Positions 23,983 through 37,444 of a stretch of 64,000 bases of DNA are shown here, one piece after another (within the stretch, counting starts at the first letter, position 1; each line of letters starts with the position of its first letter). The position numbers and the translations under genes are program-made. The DNA comes from Ptychomitrium polyphyllum (Eukaryota), in contig OZ316776.1 of assembly GCA_973851085.1 (NCBI GenBank), positions 13,764,001-13,828,000 on the forward strand, in the 5' to 3' direction. The notes beneath the pieces were generated by a model. The model made no database searches. It saw only the letters and a list, made by a program, of their open reading frames with translations, and was not told where the DNA came from.

Positions 23983-26103
23983 AATTGGGCAATCTCCCTC
24001 AGGAGTGCTAGCAACACTAAGGGCACAAGGGGGACTCCAAAGTGACGTTCGAGACTTGTGCCGCTGATAGTGAGGGAAACCGAGTGGGCCTAGCGTGGGA
24101 AGGATCCCTAAGGGGAAGAAACATCCTTGCCCATGTAGACCAAGGGCCACGAGGGATACATGGCTAGCATTAGAAGAATCACGAAGAGCTGATTCTAGAA
24201 TGCTAAAGATTGTCTAAATCGGACAAGGAAGCTAAAATTTATGGCATCCCAAAGTTGGGGTTGCCAAGGGGCTGTTCTGGAGTGTAGCAGCCCCACACAG
24301 TGACTGGACTGGAGTTGGACAGTCCAAGGAGGGACTCCCCGGGAGTTCCGAACCTTGGGAGAGGCGTATCTTCCACAATACTAACTCAAATTCAATGTTT
24401 GAGGAGTTTATCGACATCTACGCAAAGAGTAGATGACGATAGAGTGGTTGCTTGATACATTCGGGCACCGGATGAGAAAGATATGGCTCCCTGAAGGTCC
24501 GCTGGGAGTCCCGGAGGCTTCCAACAGCTAAGTCCCAAGGGAGATCGGGTGGTCTTCCAAAACTCTAGGTGTGTCGGGGTTCAGCTAGCTACAGAGGGCC
24601 AGGGGGCCTGCCGAATCCCACAGAGAGTACTATAAGGGAGGGCTGGTCCCCCTCCCCACTCCCTTAATGTCCCAGTAGAGACCAAGGGTGAGTCCCGGTT
24701 GGTGGAGCTAGTGTTGGAGCTTCACCACGGGGACTCCCACACCATTGTGAGCCGGTAAACGGCCGGTTTCACGAAGGGAACTAGCACGTTCAAAAAGATA
24801 CGCTTGTTACCACTAAGTTGGGGTGGTGTCTTCACGCCGGCACCATGATGACTCGAGGTGATCTTAGGATCACATGGGCATCATGAGTGGTGGTGAGGAG
24901 ACACCACTAAGTGCGGTTAGGCCGTGTGGAATGGGAGTAACACCAAAGAGGCCTTGGACATGAATGGAAGTCCGCACCTAACCATTGGCTACCAATTAAT
25001 TGGGTGTCGTAAGAGAAATGGTAGAGGAACATAGAAAGTAAGAACAGGAGTTATCCATGTGCATGCGGGAATGTACAGGATTGACGCGCGTGAAGCTTGC
25101 TAAGGTGCATTACAAGAATTGCAACATTTGGTATCAAAACAGGCTTTGAGTACCCAAGTGCTACGTTGTAAGGAGGCTATAGGTAAGAAGAAGGCCGGTG
25201 ATTACGGTGAGCCCGGGTCCTCTAAACAACTACGCACGAGGCTGAACAAAGATCCCAATCCGATTAATAAGGTTCCATCCTTTGATTCCAATGAACAAGG
25301 AAATGACATTGGAGTCACGGAGGAAGTTGAGGAAACTCAACAAGATGAAGCGTTAGAGGGTGGAGAGTATTCAGGAGCTGGACTTCCTGAGCCACCTGTG
25401 GGCCTAGAAAGTCAGGACCCTGACTTGAGTATTCGCATGAAAATGCTAGAGTTCATGGACGGTATGAACCAAGAACTCAAGCGTGGCAAAGAAGAAAGGA
25501 CCCATCAAGAGAGGTGGATTGAGTACTTGATGGCACAAGGTTGCAGGTCCTCATCTTCGACCAAGACGTTGGCCAAGGTGAACATGCCAAGCACTTTTTC
25601 TGGGCTAAGTAAAGCGAGGAAGGTGAAGGAGTTCTTTTGGAAATGGACAACTATTATGATGTTCAAAAGTCGGAGGAGGTGGACAAAGTTTCAATTGCGG
25701 TGACCTTTTTGAAAGACCATGCTTTTCAATGGTGGACAAGTAAAAAGGAACAAGAGCTGGAGTTGGTGGCGACTTTGTCTTGGGTCAATTTTAAAGAGAT
25801 TTTGAGTGAATGCTTCACTTCGGAATACCAAGAGTTGAGGGAGGGCATGAACTTGATGCAAATGAGGCACACCGGATTGCTCAAGACTTATGTGCGAGAT
25901 TTCAATGCCCAAATGAATGCCACATTCAAAATGGATGAGTTTTCAAAGAAATGCATCTATTTGGGTGGGCTTCAAAAGTAGGTGGCGCCTTGTTCAAATT
26001 TCCAAAGCTTCCAAAGGACGTGGCGGGAATCATTAAGATTGTGGATAGAAATGAAGCTGACGGTCCCGAAAGAAAATCAAGTGGTCCCTCTTAACAAAGT
26101 GGA

Positions 26104-28116
26104 TTGAGCCGAAACGTACCTCGCGGCGGAGAACGCAAGAAATTCGGCTTTGGAAACAAACACAAGGGACAAGTAGATGGAAGGGCCTACAACAAAGTGG
26201 ACCATCATGAGAGAAAACCATTCAAATCGGGAGATAAGAGTGCTGAGGTGAAGCACAAGCGTTGCCACGGGTGTGGTAAGATTGGCCACTTCATTGCGGA
26301 GTGCCCCAATAAAAAAGTGAGTATCAAAGCTTGTCACACTTGTGTTGTGGATCACATTTTAGAAGGTGGATTTATGGCCAAGGCTACTAGCCTTAAGCCA
26401 AGGTTGAGTCTCTTATACCTTGAGGCCCAAATAAATGGCAAAAATGTCTCATGTTTGATTAACACAGGGGCAACGCATTCCTTCATGAGTCCCAAGCTAG
26501 CAAGGGTGTTGGGCTTGTCAGCTCAAAAAGCTAGCAAGCCCATCAACGTGCGATTTGCAAAAGGCAAACCATACAAGACGAAGGAGGTGGTGTTGGATGT
26601 GGCCTTAAGCAGTGGAACATTGGAGTTGAAGGAAAGTTTTACACTATGTGAGATGGATGAGGTAGACCTCATTTTAAGTGATACCATTTTCAAAACTCAT
26701 GTGGTGGATGTGAAGCAAAAGCCAACACGGTTAGTAGTGTGCCGTGGTGGGAAGGAGGCAATATTGAAGTTGACTTGGACTCCTATGGTTGCGGGAGGCA
26801 AGTTGAATTTAGTCTCCTTAGAACAATTAGTGAATAACCAATTTGTGGTTATGATGCGAATGGAGCAAGAAGAGGGGAATAGGCCAAGTGCCAAGGAGAT
26901 TAGGACTATTTCCAAGTGCATTCAAAATGTACTAAGTGGTTACAAGGATGTGCTCACCAATGAGCTGCTCAAAGAGTTACCGCCAAGAAGCAAAGTGGAT
27001 CACAAAATTGAAGTGATACCGGGAACGGAGCCCCCTTCAAAGGCTCTATACCGGTTGAATCTAAAACAGCTAAAAGAGTTGAAGAAGCATTTGAATGACT
27101 TGGTCGAAAGAGGCTATGTTAGGCCAAGTAAGTCACCATATGGAGCACCGGTCCTCTTTGTGGACAAAAAGGATGGCAAGCTCCGCATGTGTGTCGACTA
27201 TAGAGCCTTGAATAAAGCCACCATCAAGAACAACTATCCTTTGCCTCCGATCGATGACCTCTTTGATAGATTGGCGGGAGCTAAATACATTAGTCGGATA
27301 GACTTGAAATTGGGCTACTATCAAATCCGCATTGCGGATGAAGACGTGCCAAAGACCGCATGCCGCACTAGGTATGGGTCCTATGAATTTTTGGTGATGC
27401 CATTCGGGTTGTGTAATGCTCCTTCGACGTTTACGACCCTCATGAATACCATCTTTCGAGAAAAGATGGATGACTTTGTCATTGTCTACATTGATGACAT
27501 CTTGGTGTACTCCAAGTCGGCGGAAGAACATGCAAGGCACCTCAAAGTGGTGCTTCAAAAACTTAGGGACCACAAGCTTTATGCTAACAGAGAGAAGAGT
27601 GAGTTTGCTCAACTTGAGATTGAGTTCTTGGGCCACATAGTGTTGAATGATGGAATCAAGCCGGATATAAGGAAGATAAAGGCAATTAGAGAGTGGAAAC
27701 AACCTTCTACACAAAAGGGGCTGAGATCAATTCTCGGCCTAGCAAATTATTATAGGAGGTTCATACACAACTTCTCCAAAATTTCTAGACCTTTGTTCGA
27801 CTTGTTGAAGAAAGGAGCTAGCCAAGTATGGGATGGATTTTGTCACCAAGCTTTTCAAGAACTCAAGGATAAGTTGTCACAACCGCCGGTATCGAAGTTT
27901 TCTGAGTTTGAAAAGCCCTTTGAGGTCCACAAGGATGCAAGTGACTTTGCCATTGGCGGAGTGCTCATGCAAGAACGCATGCCAATTGCCTATAAGAGCA
28001 AGAAGTTGGATGGGTGCCAAAAGAGGTGGCCCATGCACGAGAAAGAACTCTTTGCCGTAGTGCATTGTTTGAAAACATGGCGGCACTACTTAGGCCTACA
28101 TAAAACCAAAGTCTAA
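26104..28116 (+). pseudogene. Longest open gag-pol segment of element C (zinc knuckle, protease, RT, part of RNase H)
   Basis: [47 protein letters not shown]; protease Asp replaced ([10 protein letters not shown]); flanked by stops. Confidence 0.85.
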
Positions 28117-28579
28117 ACGAACAACGTGTTTTTGAAGTACTTTGAGTCGTAGGCACAAATGAGTGCAAAACAATTGAGGTGGCACGACACCTTGGCACTC
28201 ATGAATGTGGATTTGATCCACAAGCTGGGGCAAGACAATGTAGTGCCGGATGCTCTAAGTAGGCGGGAGGAGTTGCAAGGGATGGGTACAACCCGAGTCC
28301 TGCGAGTAATGTACAAGGGAGAAGGCAATTTGGAAAGGAAGATAAGAGAGGGGTACATGAAGGACTCCGAAGCACAAAGGCTTCTCGGCAAGCTTAAAAA
28401 GGGTAATAAACTTAAGGAAATTAAGTTGGAGAAGGGATTGCTCAAATACAAACAAAGTCGGGTGTATGTGCCTCAAGGAAAATTACGGTTGTTGGTTTTG
28501 AAAGAAGAACAGGATAGTCCCGTAGCCGGCCATAGAGGGAAAAAAACGACAATAGCGGCGCTGTCAAGAAGGTACTATT

Positions 28580-29149
28580 TGTTAGGGACACAAGAAACAA
28601 GAAGTAGAAACGAAGTGTTTTCCAAGAATTAGCTTTCAAAGAGCTAATGATTAACAAGAACTTAATACAAAGACTAAAACAAGGCAGGATTCAAGGTGAT
28701 CTACAACTTATGTTGGCAAGACTAAGGAATACCCTGTCTTGCCTCTTATTTATACTAGGACGTTTGTATCTCCTAGGATACTTCTAAAGAAGCTTCCTAC
28801 AAGGCTTAAGAATGTTCTGGAAGTCTAAGGAACCTTCCCAAGACGTTTCTTAAGATGTTGGAACCTTCCTAAGTAGCTTCCAAGGAATTGGAACCTTCTT
28901 TGGAAGCTTCCAAGGAATTTGAAGCTTCCTTGGAAGTTTCTTGAAGAGGTAGAATCTTCCTAAAGAGTGTCCTATGATGACAGAACATTCTTAGGAAGTT
29001 TCCTAAGGTGGAGGAACTTTCTTAGAAAGCTTCCTAAACACATAAAAAGGCCATGGAGACATCCAATAGTATCCTAAGAAACTATTCTAGTATACTAGAA
29101 GGTTCTACAATGTTCTAGTTACTATGTTGCATGGTTTATGTCTGTGACA
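28580..29149 (-). mobile_element. Solo LTR of the RLG1-like family inserted in the integrase of element C
   Basis: Reverse complement of the RLG1-like LTR, TG...CA; perfect TSD CTATT (28575-28579 and 29150-29154); interrupts RRYY|WP. Confidence 0.95.
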
Positions 29150-31161
29150 CTATTGGCCGAGCATAAAAGCGAACATCTCCGATTTTGTAAAAACTTGTTG
29201 AAGTGCCAACTCAATAGAGCTTCTTATCAAAAGCAAGCCGGTCTACTACAACCAATTATGCCGGGTCCATAGCACAGCGTGTCCATGGACTTCATCACAA
29301 GTCTTCCGGAATCGCAAGGATATGATGCCACCTTTGTGATGGTGGATCGCTTTAGCAAGCTGGCGCACATGGTGCCAACTAGAGGAACCGTAACTACACA
29401 TGAAACCGCAAAGCTATTCCTCGATGCATGGTGGAAACATCACGGGTTGCCGAGAGTGATTGTGTCGGACTGAGATCCAAAATTCACTAGTGCTTTTTGG
29501 AAACATTTCTTTAAGAAAGTTGGAACCAAATTGACATTTAGCACTGCCTTCCATCCTCAAACGGATGGGCAAACGGAACGAGCGAATGGAGTCTTGAACC
29601 AGTACTTGAGGAACTTTGTGAGTGCGGACCAGTGCGATTGGGCGGATTATGTGAGTTTTGCGGAGTTCAGTTACAATGCGGCCAACCATTTGGCGACAAA
29701 GCAATCGCCATTTAAGGTGGCCTATGGAGTGGAGCCACTTCAGCCTGCCGACTTAGCTCTCGAAGGGGCACATTTAATACTAGAGTTTAACCAAGATGGT
29801 GAGGACTTGGCCAAAAAGCGGGAACAGATGTTGGAGAAGACCAAGCTTTTGTTGGAAAAGGCTCAAAAGCGGTACAAAATATAAGTCAATGCCGGAAGCC
29901 GTGAAGTGGAGTATGAAGTAGGCCAAAAGGTGTTGTTGAATGTGAAGAACTTTAGCTTGCCCGAAGGCCTCACTCCAAAGTTCATGTCCAAGTTTGGGGG
30001 GCCGTTTTCCATTGTGGAGCGGATATTTAAGGATGTGTACAAGTTGAAGCTACCACCCAAAATCAAAGTGCACCCAACATTTCATGTTTCACTCCTTAAG
30101 CCATTCAAAAAAGATACCTTGTGGCCCAATCGCAAATAAGTGATTCGGCCACCGCCGGAATTGGTGGGAAACCACTTGGAATACAAAGTGGAAGGAATTC
30201 TCAAGTGTAGGCACCACAAGAAAGTAGGAAAAGATTATTTGGTGAAGTGGAGAGAGTACCATGAAATGGAAGCAACTTTGGTAGCAGCCAAGGACTAGGG
30301 AAATGCCAATGAAGTGGTGGAACGCTTTGAAAGGGATAAGAACTCCAACAAAAGACAATGTCGGCATTGATGAGGACATCAATCTCTTTTAGTAGGGGGA
30401 GAGTGGCTTGTAGTTATAACTTCTTTACATCATGTATTGGTTCCTTGACTTATGGCAATAAAGTTCAACTTTTGTGTGTGCAAAGCGAAGAGTATAAGAT
30501 GACGTCCTAGTCTTGTGCTTGTGCTATGTTGGTAGAAGAGGGGGAATAGACATGTGAAACCAAGTTGGGAAGGCCGAGTAATGGGGACCAAGGCTAGGAG
30601 GAGGAATGGTTAAAACTATGAAACCTCCTTGCCTCGGGCTTGTTTGGGCGAGGACAAGGTAATGGCGCGTGCTCATAAAAGCGCCACTCCTACAAACTAA
30701 CAGAAGTTAGTGCATGCAAGTCATGAATCCATGTCTCAATAGAGATAGTGGGATCCAGGTTGGGCGGAACTTGGCATTATCCCCGTGTGATCGGGTCGTG
30801 GAATAAAAAGCCTCCTTGGATTTGCAACCAAGACAACTTGGTGGAGCATTGAGGTCTAGCCTAGTCAAAAAGGAAGAGTTAGGGAAGTGTAGCCTAACTA
30901 GGGAGTGTATCCCAAGAGGGTCTCAAGATAGGTAGGTCTAGAATAGTTTAGGGCTCCAAAGATTTTTGTCTAGGGTGCTTAAACAGGCCACCTCCTAAAC
31001 GACACCTTTGAGACTTTGCCAAAGACTTATGAGTGCATTGTGGAGGTCGCACCCTGGATGAAACACAATGCTGCACCACTAGAGGATGGCAACCTAAGAA
31101 TTGGTGTGCCGACTACAAGTATAGTCGATGAGGGCATCGACTCCATTAAAGTGGAGGTGAG

Positions 31162-32295
31162 TGTCGCACACCTCTCTTTGAGGAGAGCCCGCAATATTAA
31201 GGGCACAAGGAGGACCCCAGAGTGACGTCCGGGACTTGTGGTGCCGATAGTGAGGGAAACCGAGTGGGCCTAGCGTGGGAAGGATCCCTAAGGGGAAGAA
31301 ACATCCTTGCCCATGTAGACCAAGGGCCACGAGGGATATTAGAAGAATCACGAAGAGCTGATTCTAGAATGCTAAAGATTGTCTAAATCGGACAAGGAAG
31401 CTAAAATTTATGGCATCCCAAAGTTGGGGTTGCCAAGGGGCTGTTCTGGAGTGTGGCAGCCCCACACAGTGACTGGACTGGAGTTGGACAGTCCAAGGAG
31501 GGACTCCCCGGGAGTTCCGAACCTTGGGAGAGGCGTATCTTCCACAATACTAACTCAAATTCAATGTTTGAGGAGTTTATCGACATCTACGCAAAGAGTA
31601 GATGACGATAGAGTGGTTGCTTGATACATTCGGGCACCGGATGAGAAAGATATGGCTCCCTGAAGGTCCGCTGGGAGTCCCGGAGGCTTCCAACAGCTAA
31701 GTCCCAAGGGAGATCGGGTGGTCTTCCAAAACTCTAGGTGTGTCGGGGTTCAGCTAGCTACAGAGGGCCAGGGGGCCTGCCGAATCCCACAGAGAGTACT
31801 ATAAGGGAGGGCTGGTCCCCCTCCCCACTCCCTTAATGTCCCAGTAGAGACCAAGGGTGAGTCCCGGTTGGTGGAGCTAGTGTTGGAGCTTCACCACGGG
31901 GACTCCCACACCATTGTGAGCCGGTAAACGGCCGGTTTCACGAAGGGAACTAGCACGTTCAAAAAGATACGCTTGTTACCACTAAGTTGGGGTGGTGTCT
32001 TCACGCCGGCACCATGATGACTCGAGGTGATCTTAGGATCACATGGGCATCATGAGTGGTGGTGAGGAGACACTACTAAGTGCGGTTAGGCCGTGTGGAA
32101 TGAGAGTAACACCAAAGAGGCCTTGGACATGAATGGAAGTCCGCACCTAACCATTGGCTACCAATTAATTGGGTGTCGTAAGAGAAATGGTAGAGGACTT
32201 TAGAAAGTAAGAACAGGAGTTAACCATGTGCATGCGAGAATGTACAGGATTGACGCGCGTGACGCTTGCTAAGGTGCATTACAAAGGTTGCTACA
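31162..32295 (+). repeat. 3' LTR of element C
   Basis: TGTCGCACACC...GGTTGCTACA after the PPT; direct repeat of 23986-25126. Confidence 0.93.
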
Positions 32296-33315
32296 TTTTG
32301 ATTTTGACGTAAATCTTTTTTTTTAATATTAGCTTCTTGCATTCGGACAGCTTGTTATTATAAACTTCACATTTTGCCATTCAATGCTTTTGCTTGCTAT
32401 ATGTGGTATAGTAGATTATTGGTGGAATTGAAGCAAGTTATTTTTGTTTGAATTGTATTTAATTAGCCTTGATGGTTTGCAATAGTTGTTTATCTCATTT
32501 TTAATGTTTCTTGTATATTTTCCAGACTTAAAATTGTGAGAAGAAGATTACGAGCAACATCTTCAAAGGAAGGTAATCCGCATCTTTTGAAAGAGTGATT
32601 GTATGTGAAAAGAAATAGTATTTGCTAGTTCAAAGAACAAACCAACTTATGGTGTTAGCTTAGAGGAAGATAATCCGCAACCACTAAGATGCTATGAAAT
32701 CCTAAAGAAAAACGGTAATCCATTATTTTCTTTAAAGATTTTATGTTGTGACAAAGATAAAGAATAGTTTCATCAAGTTGTTAGGGACATTAGAAACAAG
32801 AAGCAAAGACAAATTATTTCCTAAGAATTCACACAAGGACTAGGGTAAGGCTTGATACATTATGATCCTTAATTTGTATTGGCAAGACTAAGGCATACCT
32901 TGTCTTGCCTCTTATATATACTATAATGCTGGTATCTCCTACAATACATCTGAAGAAGCTTTTTACAAGGCTTAAGAATGTTCTAGATGTCAATGGAACC
33001 TCTTTTAAGAAGTTTCTTTAGATGTTTGAACCTTCTAATGAAGCTTTTATAGAGCTGTCACCTTTTTTGGAAGTTTTCTAAGGTGGTGGAACTTCCTTAG
33101 GAAGTTTTTTGATGTGATGGATATATTTTAGAAAAATTTGTAGGAAATTGAATGTTCGTAAGAAGTTTCCAGAGGCAATGGAACTATGTAGGGAAATTCT
33201 CCATGGATGTGGAAACAACTATGTGTTATTGAAAGTATTTAAAGAAACTATTTGATTTACCAGGAGGTTTCTAGAAGGTTCTAAATGTTATATTGCATGA
33301 TTTTTATTTGTGACA
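32296..33315 (-). mobile_element. Element D, 5' part: older RLG1-related 5' LTR (32779-33315), leader and gag start
   Basis: Diverged reverse-complement match to 15067-16170, including GGATTACC leader motifs and the gag N-terminus. Pairing with 22760-23982 as one element is inference. Confidence 0.75.
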
Positions 33316-35096
33316 TCTACAACCAACTCAAGTGGGTAAACTTCTTCTTATGGAAATTAAACAACATTAAGACACTAATTGAAAAAAAATTAGGAAGAGT
33401 ATGGTTTCATTTCTTTTCTCACCCAATTCATATCATTCTATATGACTTCTTATGAGATTTATCCTTCTATACTCCTCAAGATGTAGACTAGGAATTATTG
33501 ACTACCAAATTTTGCAACAAAAGGATATAGACAAAAATCCATTCTTTTTAAGTAAAATTGCACTACATCGAGAAGATAACATATCTTGTTGTATCTCCAA
33601 TCAACTCAGCAAAATTGAAGAATTCCGACTTTTAACATTCCTAAAAAATCTAACTTAACACAATATAAGCTATATCTTAAGCCATACATTCATCATCTAA
33701 CAATATAATATTTATCACATTCACTTGTTTAATAATATAGCAAGTATCATCCACTAACAAGGCATTCAACAAGTAGAAGCAAACATCTTCACATACTTCC
33801 ACATAATGCATCCAAAGTACTTTCACACTTGTCAATTTAATAAATCTACTTTTTACTAAATATGCAATTTAATAAATGTCCAAAGTGGTTGAATATTACT
33901 TACTGCCGCGCTTCAATCCTTCACAACCCCAAGCTTTAGCTTACTAGAGCTTAATAGTATCCATTACAATCATAAATCCTACTAATATCTAAGAATAGTT
34001 TTTAGACAGGCGCACCAAAATGTGAGCCTAAAAAGACCCCCCGCTAATTGGGGGGTATATTAGTTTACACAATGCTTTTTCTAATATGCCATTTATTCAA
34101 GTTTGCATTTTGTAGTCCATTATAGTTTTCTACCCTAATTCTTTAATAGCTGAATTCCATCATTGATATAAAAATTGTTCCTTACTAAGTATCCATAATG
34201 TAGTCAGACTTTCAAAATTCATATCTAACTCATTATAGATCCAAATGCCATGACTTAAATGGCATTGGAAAGCTAACATCAAGGGCTATGAGATCATAAT
34301 ACAATAATAATATTCAACAAAAATCTAAGCTACTAATCAATATTCAACTGCATAGGAAGGCTAACTTTCTAAATTCCATAACTAGTTTGCTACAATTCCA
34401 AATTGAGCATTCTAAATGGCATTCAAAAGCTAAAAATAAGGTCTACTACAATATGAAATGAAATGAATGACTAGATTCAAATTCAAGGATTAATCAAGGT
34501 ATTTTTGTGATTTATTGGATTAATGATTTTTGCCACTTAAATCCTAAGTATACACCTTCAAATTCTAGATCAGCAGTTTTAACTTCATAATCTTTTAAAA
34601 AGTTCTTGTAAGAAAACTCTATTTCTATCTATGAAGAAAATTGGAAAATAAAACAAGAAAAGAAAAATTAAGGAAACTAGGCTAGAGATGAAAGAGGAAT
34701 GAAAATGTTCCAATAAAAGATAATGAGGGAGATTTTCTTTTAACTTGTTTCCTCCCTTCGACCTGTACCAACTATTATGGAACTTCTTGATTTGCTTTCC
34801 CATGCTGTAATGTTGCATTAACTTGCTCCACCAACCTTAGCTACAATTTCAAGGCATTTTAGCCTTAATTAACTAACAGTTGACTATTACATAATTTAAC
34901 TTTAAATTCCTAATTTAATACTTATTCGAGCTTTTTTCTTATTTTTTTTATATCAAGCCATGTCCATCTTTCAGTAGTGGAAAATTTCTCAATCTTCACT
35001 TAATTGAAATTCTAATTTAACTTAAAATTACTAATCAATTTAAGTGCTAAAAATTAAGAAGAATCAATATTAAGACTGGAATAAGGACACATTACA
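33316..35096 (-). mobile_element. Probable old LTR-retrotransposon remnant of another family
   Basis: Minus-strand TGTAATGTG start at 35096 and repeated AAATGGCATT...AAAGCTAA motifs resembling long plant Gypsy LTRs; no coding remnant recognised. Confidence 0.3.
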
Positions 35097-35497
35097 ATAT
35101 GATCCACAATTTGTGTTGGCAAGACTAAAATATACCTTATTTTACCCCCTATTTATACCATGACGCTTGTATTTCTTAAGATACTTCTGAAGAAGTTTTT
35201 TATGAAGTTGAAGAATGTTTTCTAAGTCTATGAAACCTTCCTAAAAAGAATCTTAAGCATTCGAATGGCTATCAAAGCATTGAAAGAATTCCAAGAAGCT
35301 AGTTTAATATATTAGAAGATTTTAGAAGTATCTAAAGATTATATTACATGATATATGTCCATGATGGGTAATACAAGTTATAAAGCATATGTTTGATAAT
35401 CTTATTTTAGTTTTTGTATTAATAGTTATTATTCATTAGTGCTTGGGAGCTAATTCTTAAGGACTACTTCTTATTCAATTTCTTGTATTCCTAACAA
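35097..35497. repeat. Degenerate RLG1-related LTR fragments in opposite orientations
   Basis: 35097-35365 matches U3/R on the minus strand (TTGGCAAGACTAA, TATTTATA, ATGTCCATGA); 35370-35497 matches R/U5 on the plus strand ending CCTAACA. Confidence 0.55.
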
Positions 35498-37152
35498 CAT
35501 GCACCATTTCATTAAAATTTTGATTTTTATCAAATCTGACAATTATAATGAATAATAAGATAATGTCAAAATTCAAAAAATCATCCATTTTTGTAGTAAA
35601 TCTCATCAAATGAAGTGTTAAAAAAATTAATTAAAATTAAATATTTAAAAAAGCTTATTTTTGAACTATTCATGGACTTATTTTTAAACTAATATTTATA
35701 ATTTGAAGTTCTATAGTTTATTATATATTTATAGTTATTTAGTTACTTCAAATTTTGTTGGTGATAAAATAGAGTCCATATTAAAATTAGATGCTTTTAT
35801 CTTACATTATATTTTATTTTAATACAAATTGAATTTATCAATGACCATGAGTCATTTATTTTATTGAATAATTATTTAATGATTTTTTAAAAATAATAAT
35901 AAAAGACTAAATATGAAATAAAATATAAAAATATACTAAATAAAACTATATAATATGAGGATTATAAGATGTTTCAATAGTGCATAATCAATGCCTTTAA
36001 ATGTATAAAGATGAGATGTCCATTCTTTCATTTAAAACCAAATTTCATACTTCTATTTTAAATCACAAAAATTGCTAACTTGTTTAAAATATCAAAATTT
36101 ATAAACATCCTTTATGAAGCTCAAAGAAAGAAAATTTGTTACATAAAAACAAGTTTTTTGTATGATTCTATTTTTGGATTGTCATTATAAGAGCAATTCC
36201 AATATTGGTTCATGAAAAGATGGTTTTTTTTGCAATGATTGCTTCCATACAAGTAGTCAACGTATTTTTTAATCATCTTTGCATTGCTTCTTTTTTAGGT
36301 GACATAACAAGATATAAAGCCTTGCAAGAGAGTTTAATTACTTTTGAAATGTAACATATATTTCTTTTCTTACAGGTAATATGCTATGGGCATAAAAAAA
36401 TCCTCAAATGATGCACAATGTTGTTTGTAACTTCTAAAAATTGACTAATTTTGGATAAATAATTTTATCAAGCATTGAATAGTTTATAAATTTGCATATG
36501 TGGTGTTTTTTTGGTGTTTCTTTAAAATTTGGATATCTAGATAAAAATATTAACTAGACACCAAATTTTATGTACTATGACATGTGTTTATAAGAGAAAA
36601 GTCTAAAACAAAAACAGAAGTAACTATTTTCTTGAAGGACGATGCCACATGTTGTGCAATTATATATAAAGCTAACTACTGTACTTGGAGGTCAGATGAG
36701 AAAGTTGGTGGACTTGTGAAATAGTGCTACATGAAAGTTGACCAAGTGGCTGGAAAATGTTCTCGATGGAGAAAGCAAAAGTAAAGGAGGACGGAGGGCC
36801 GGTGGCATACGCTGGCGAGGATGGTGCAGCGTCATAGAGCGGGGAATCATTGCACGCCTGGCAGGGCCGAAGGGGAGCGTGATAGGGTAAGGTAGGGCCA
36901 GGCAGGCGGGGCAGGGGCTCAAGGGGGCAAGAGCAGAAAGTGCGTGTAAGCGGGCGCCGTGTGCCAGGCCAGCCATTCATTTATCCAGTTGCACACCGCA
37001 CCACACCCGGGTCCTTCACCTCCAGGCTCGCCAGCCTCGCATTATTTTCATACACTTCTCACCGCGCGAGCTTCGACCCCAGCACCCAGATCCCCGAGGG
37101 AGACGCCGTGACCCTAAGAGGAAGCGCAACGCAGAGAGAGACACAGATACAG

Positions 37153-37200
37153 AGCCACAGCCACAGCCACAGCCACAGCCAGAGAGAGAGAGAGAGAGAG
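37153..37200 (+). repeat. Compound microsatellite (AGCCAC)n(AG)n in the DIS3L2 promoter or 5' leader
   Basis: Directly visible; lies in the GC-rich region upstream of ATG 37445. Confidence 0.9.
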
Positions 37201-37444
37201 CGAGAACGCGAGAGCACGGCAGAGCCACACAGCTAAGCTTGAGGGCATACTATAGGTGACGCGGGAGGCGCCAGGGAAGGATCGGCCCAAGCACATCACC
37301 GTGGGCGCCCGCACGTATAGCGAGCGAGTGAGTGCGCGCTGTGGCTTTGAGACACTGAGTGAGTGCCGCAGCAGGCACGCTGGAGGAAGATTTGTGTTCG
37401 CCGCAGGGAGTACTCGCCGGCACCGATAGATAGTCAAGGGAGAT

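Larger units (their letters stand above)
23986..32295 (+). mobile_element. Element C: Ty3/Gypsy chromovirus with 1.13-kb GC-rich LTRs and tRNA-Met PBS (possibly Galadriel-like), defective
   Basis: LTRs about 23986-25126 (5' edge eroded) and 31162-32295; PBS TGGTATCAAAAC 25129-25140; gag with [14 protein letters not shown]; 670-aa pol ORF 26104-28116 with YIDD; integrase (SMDFITSLP, VDRFSK, STAFHPQTDGQTER); chromodomain (EYKVEGIL...YLVKW) about 30180-30300; PPT 31148-31161. Clade assignment is inference. Confidence 0.92.

Noticed and set aside
34036..34064. Hairpin ACCCCCC-GCTAATT-GGGGGGT followed by TTAGT as a Helitron 3' end
   Set aside because: Spacing to the terminus is too short, the end is not CTAG, and no TC 5' end or Rep/helicase remnant was found.
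36672..37437. Several overlapping ORFs upstream of DIS3L2
   Set aside because: GC-rich promoter and microsatellite artefacts (SHSHSH, RERERE) with no domain.
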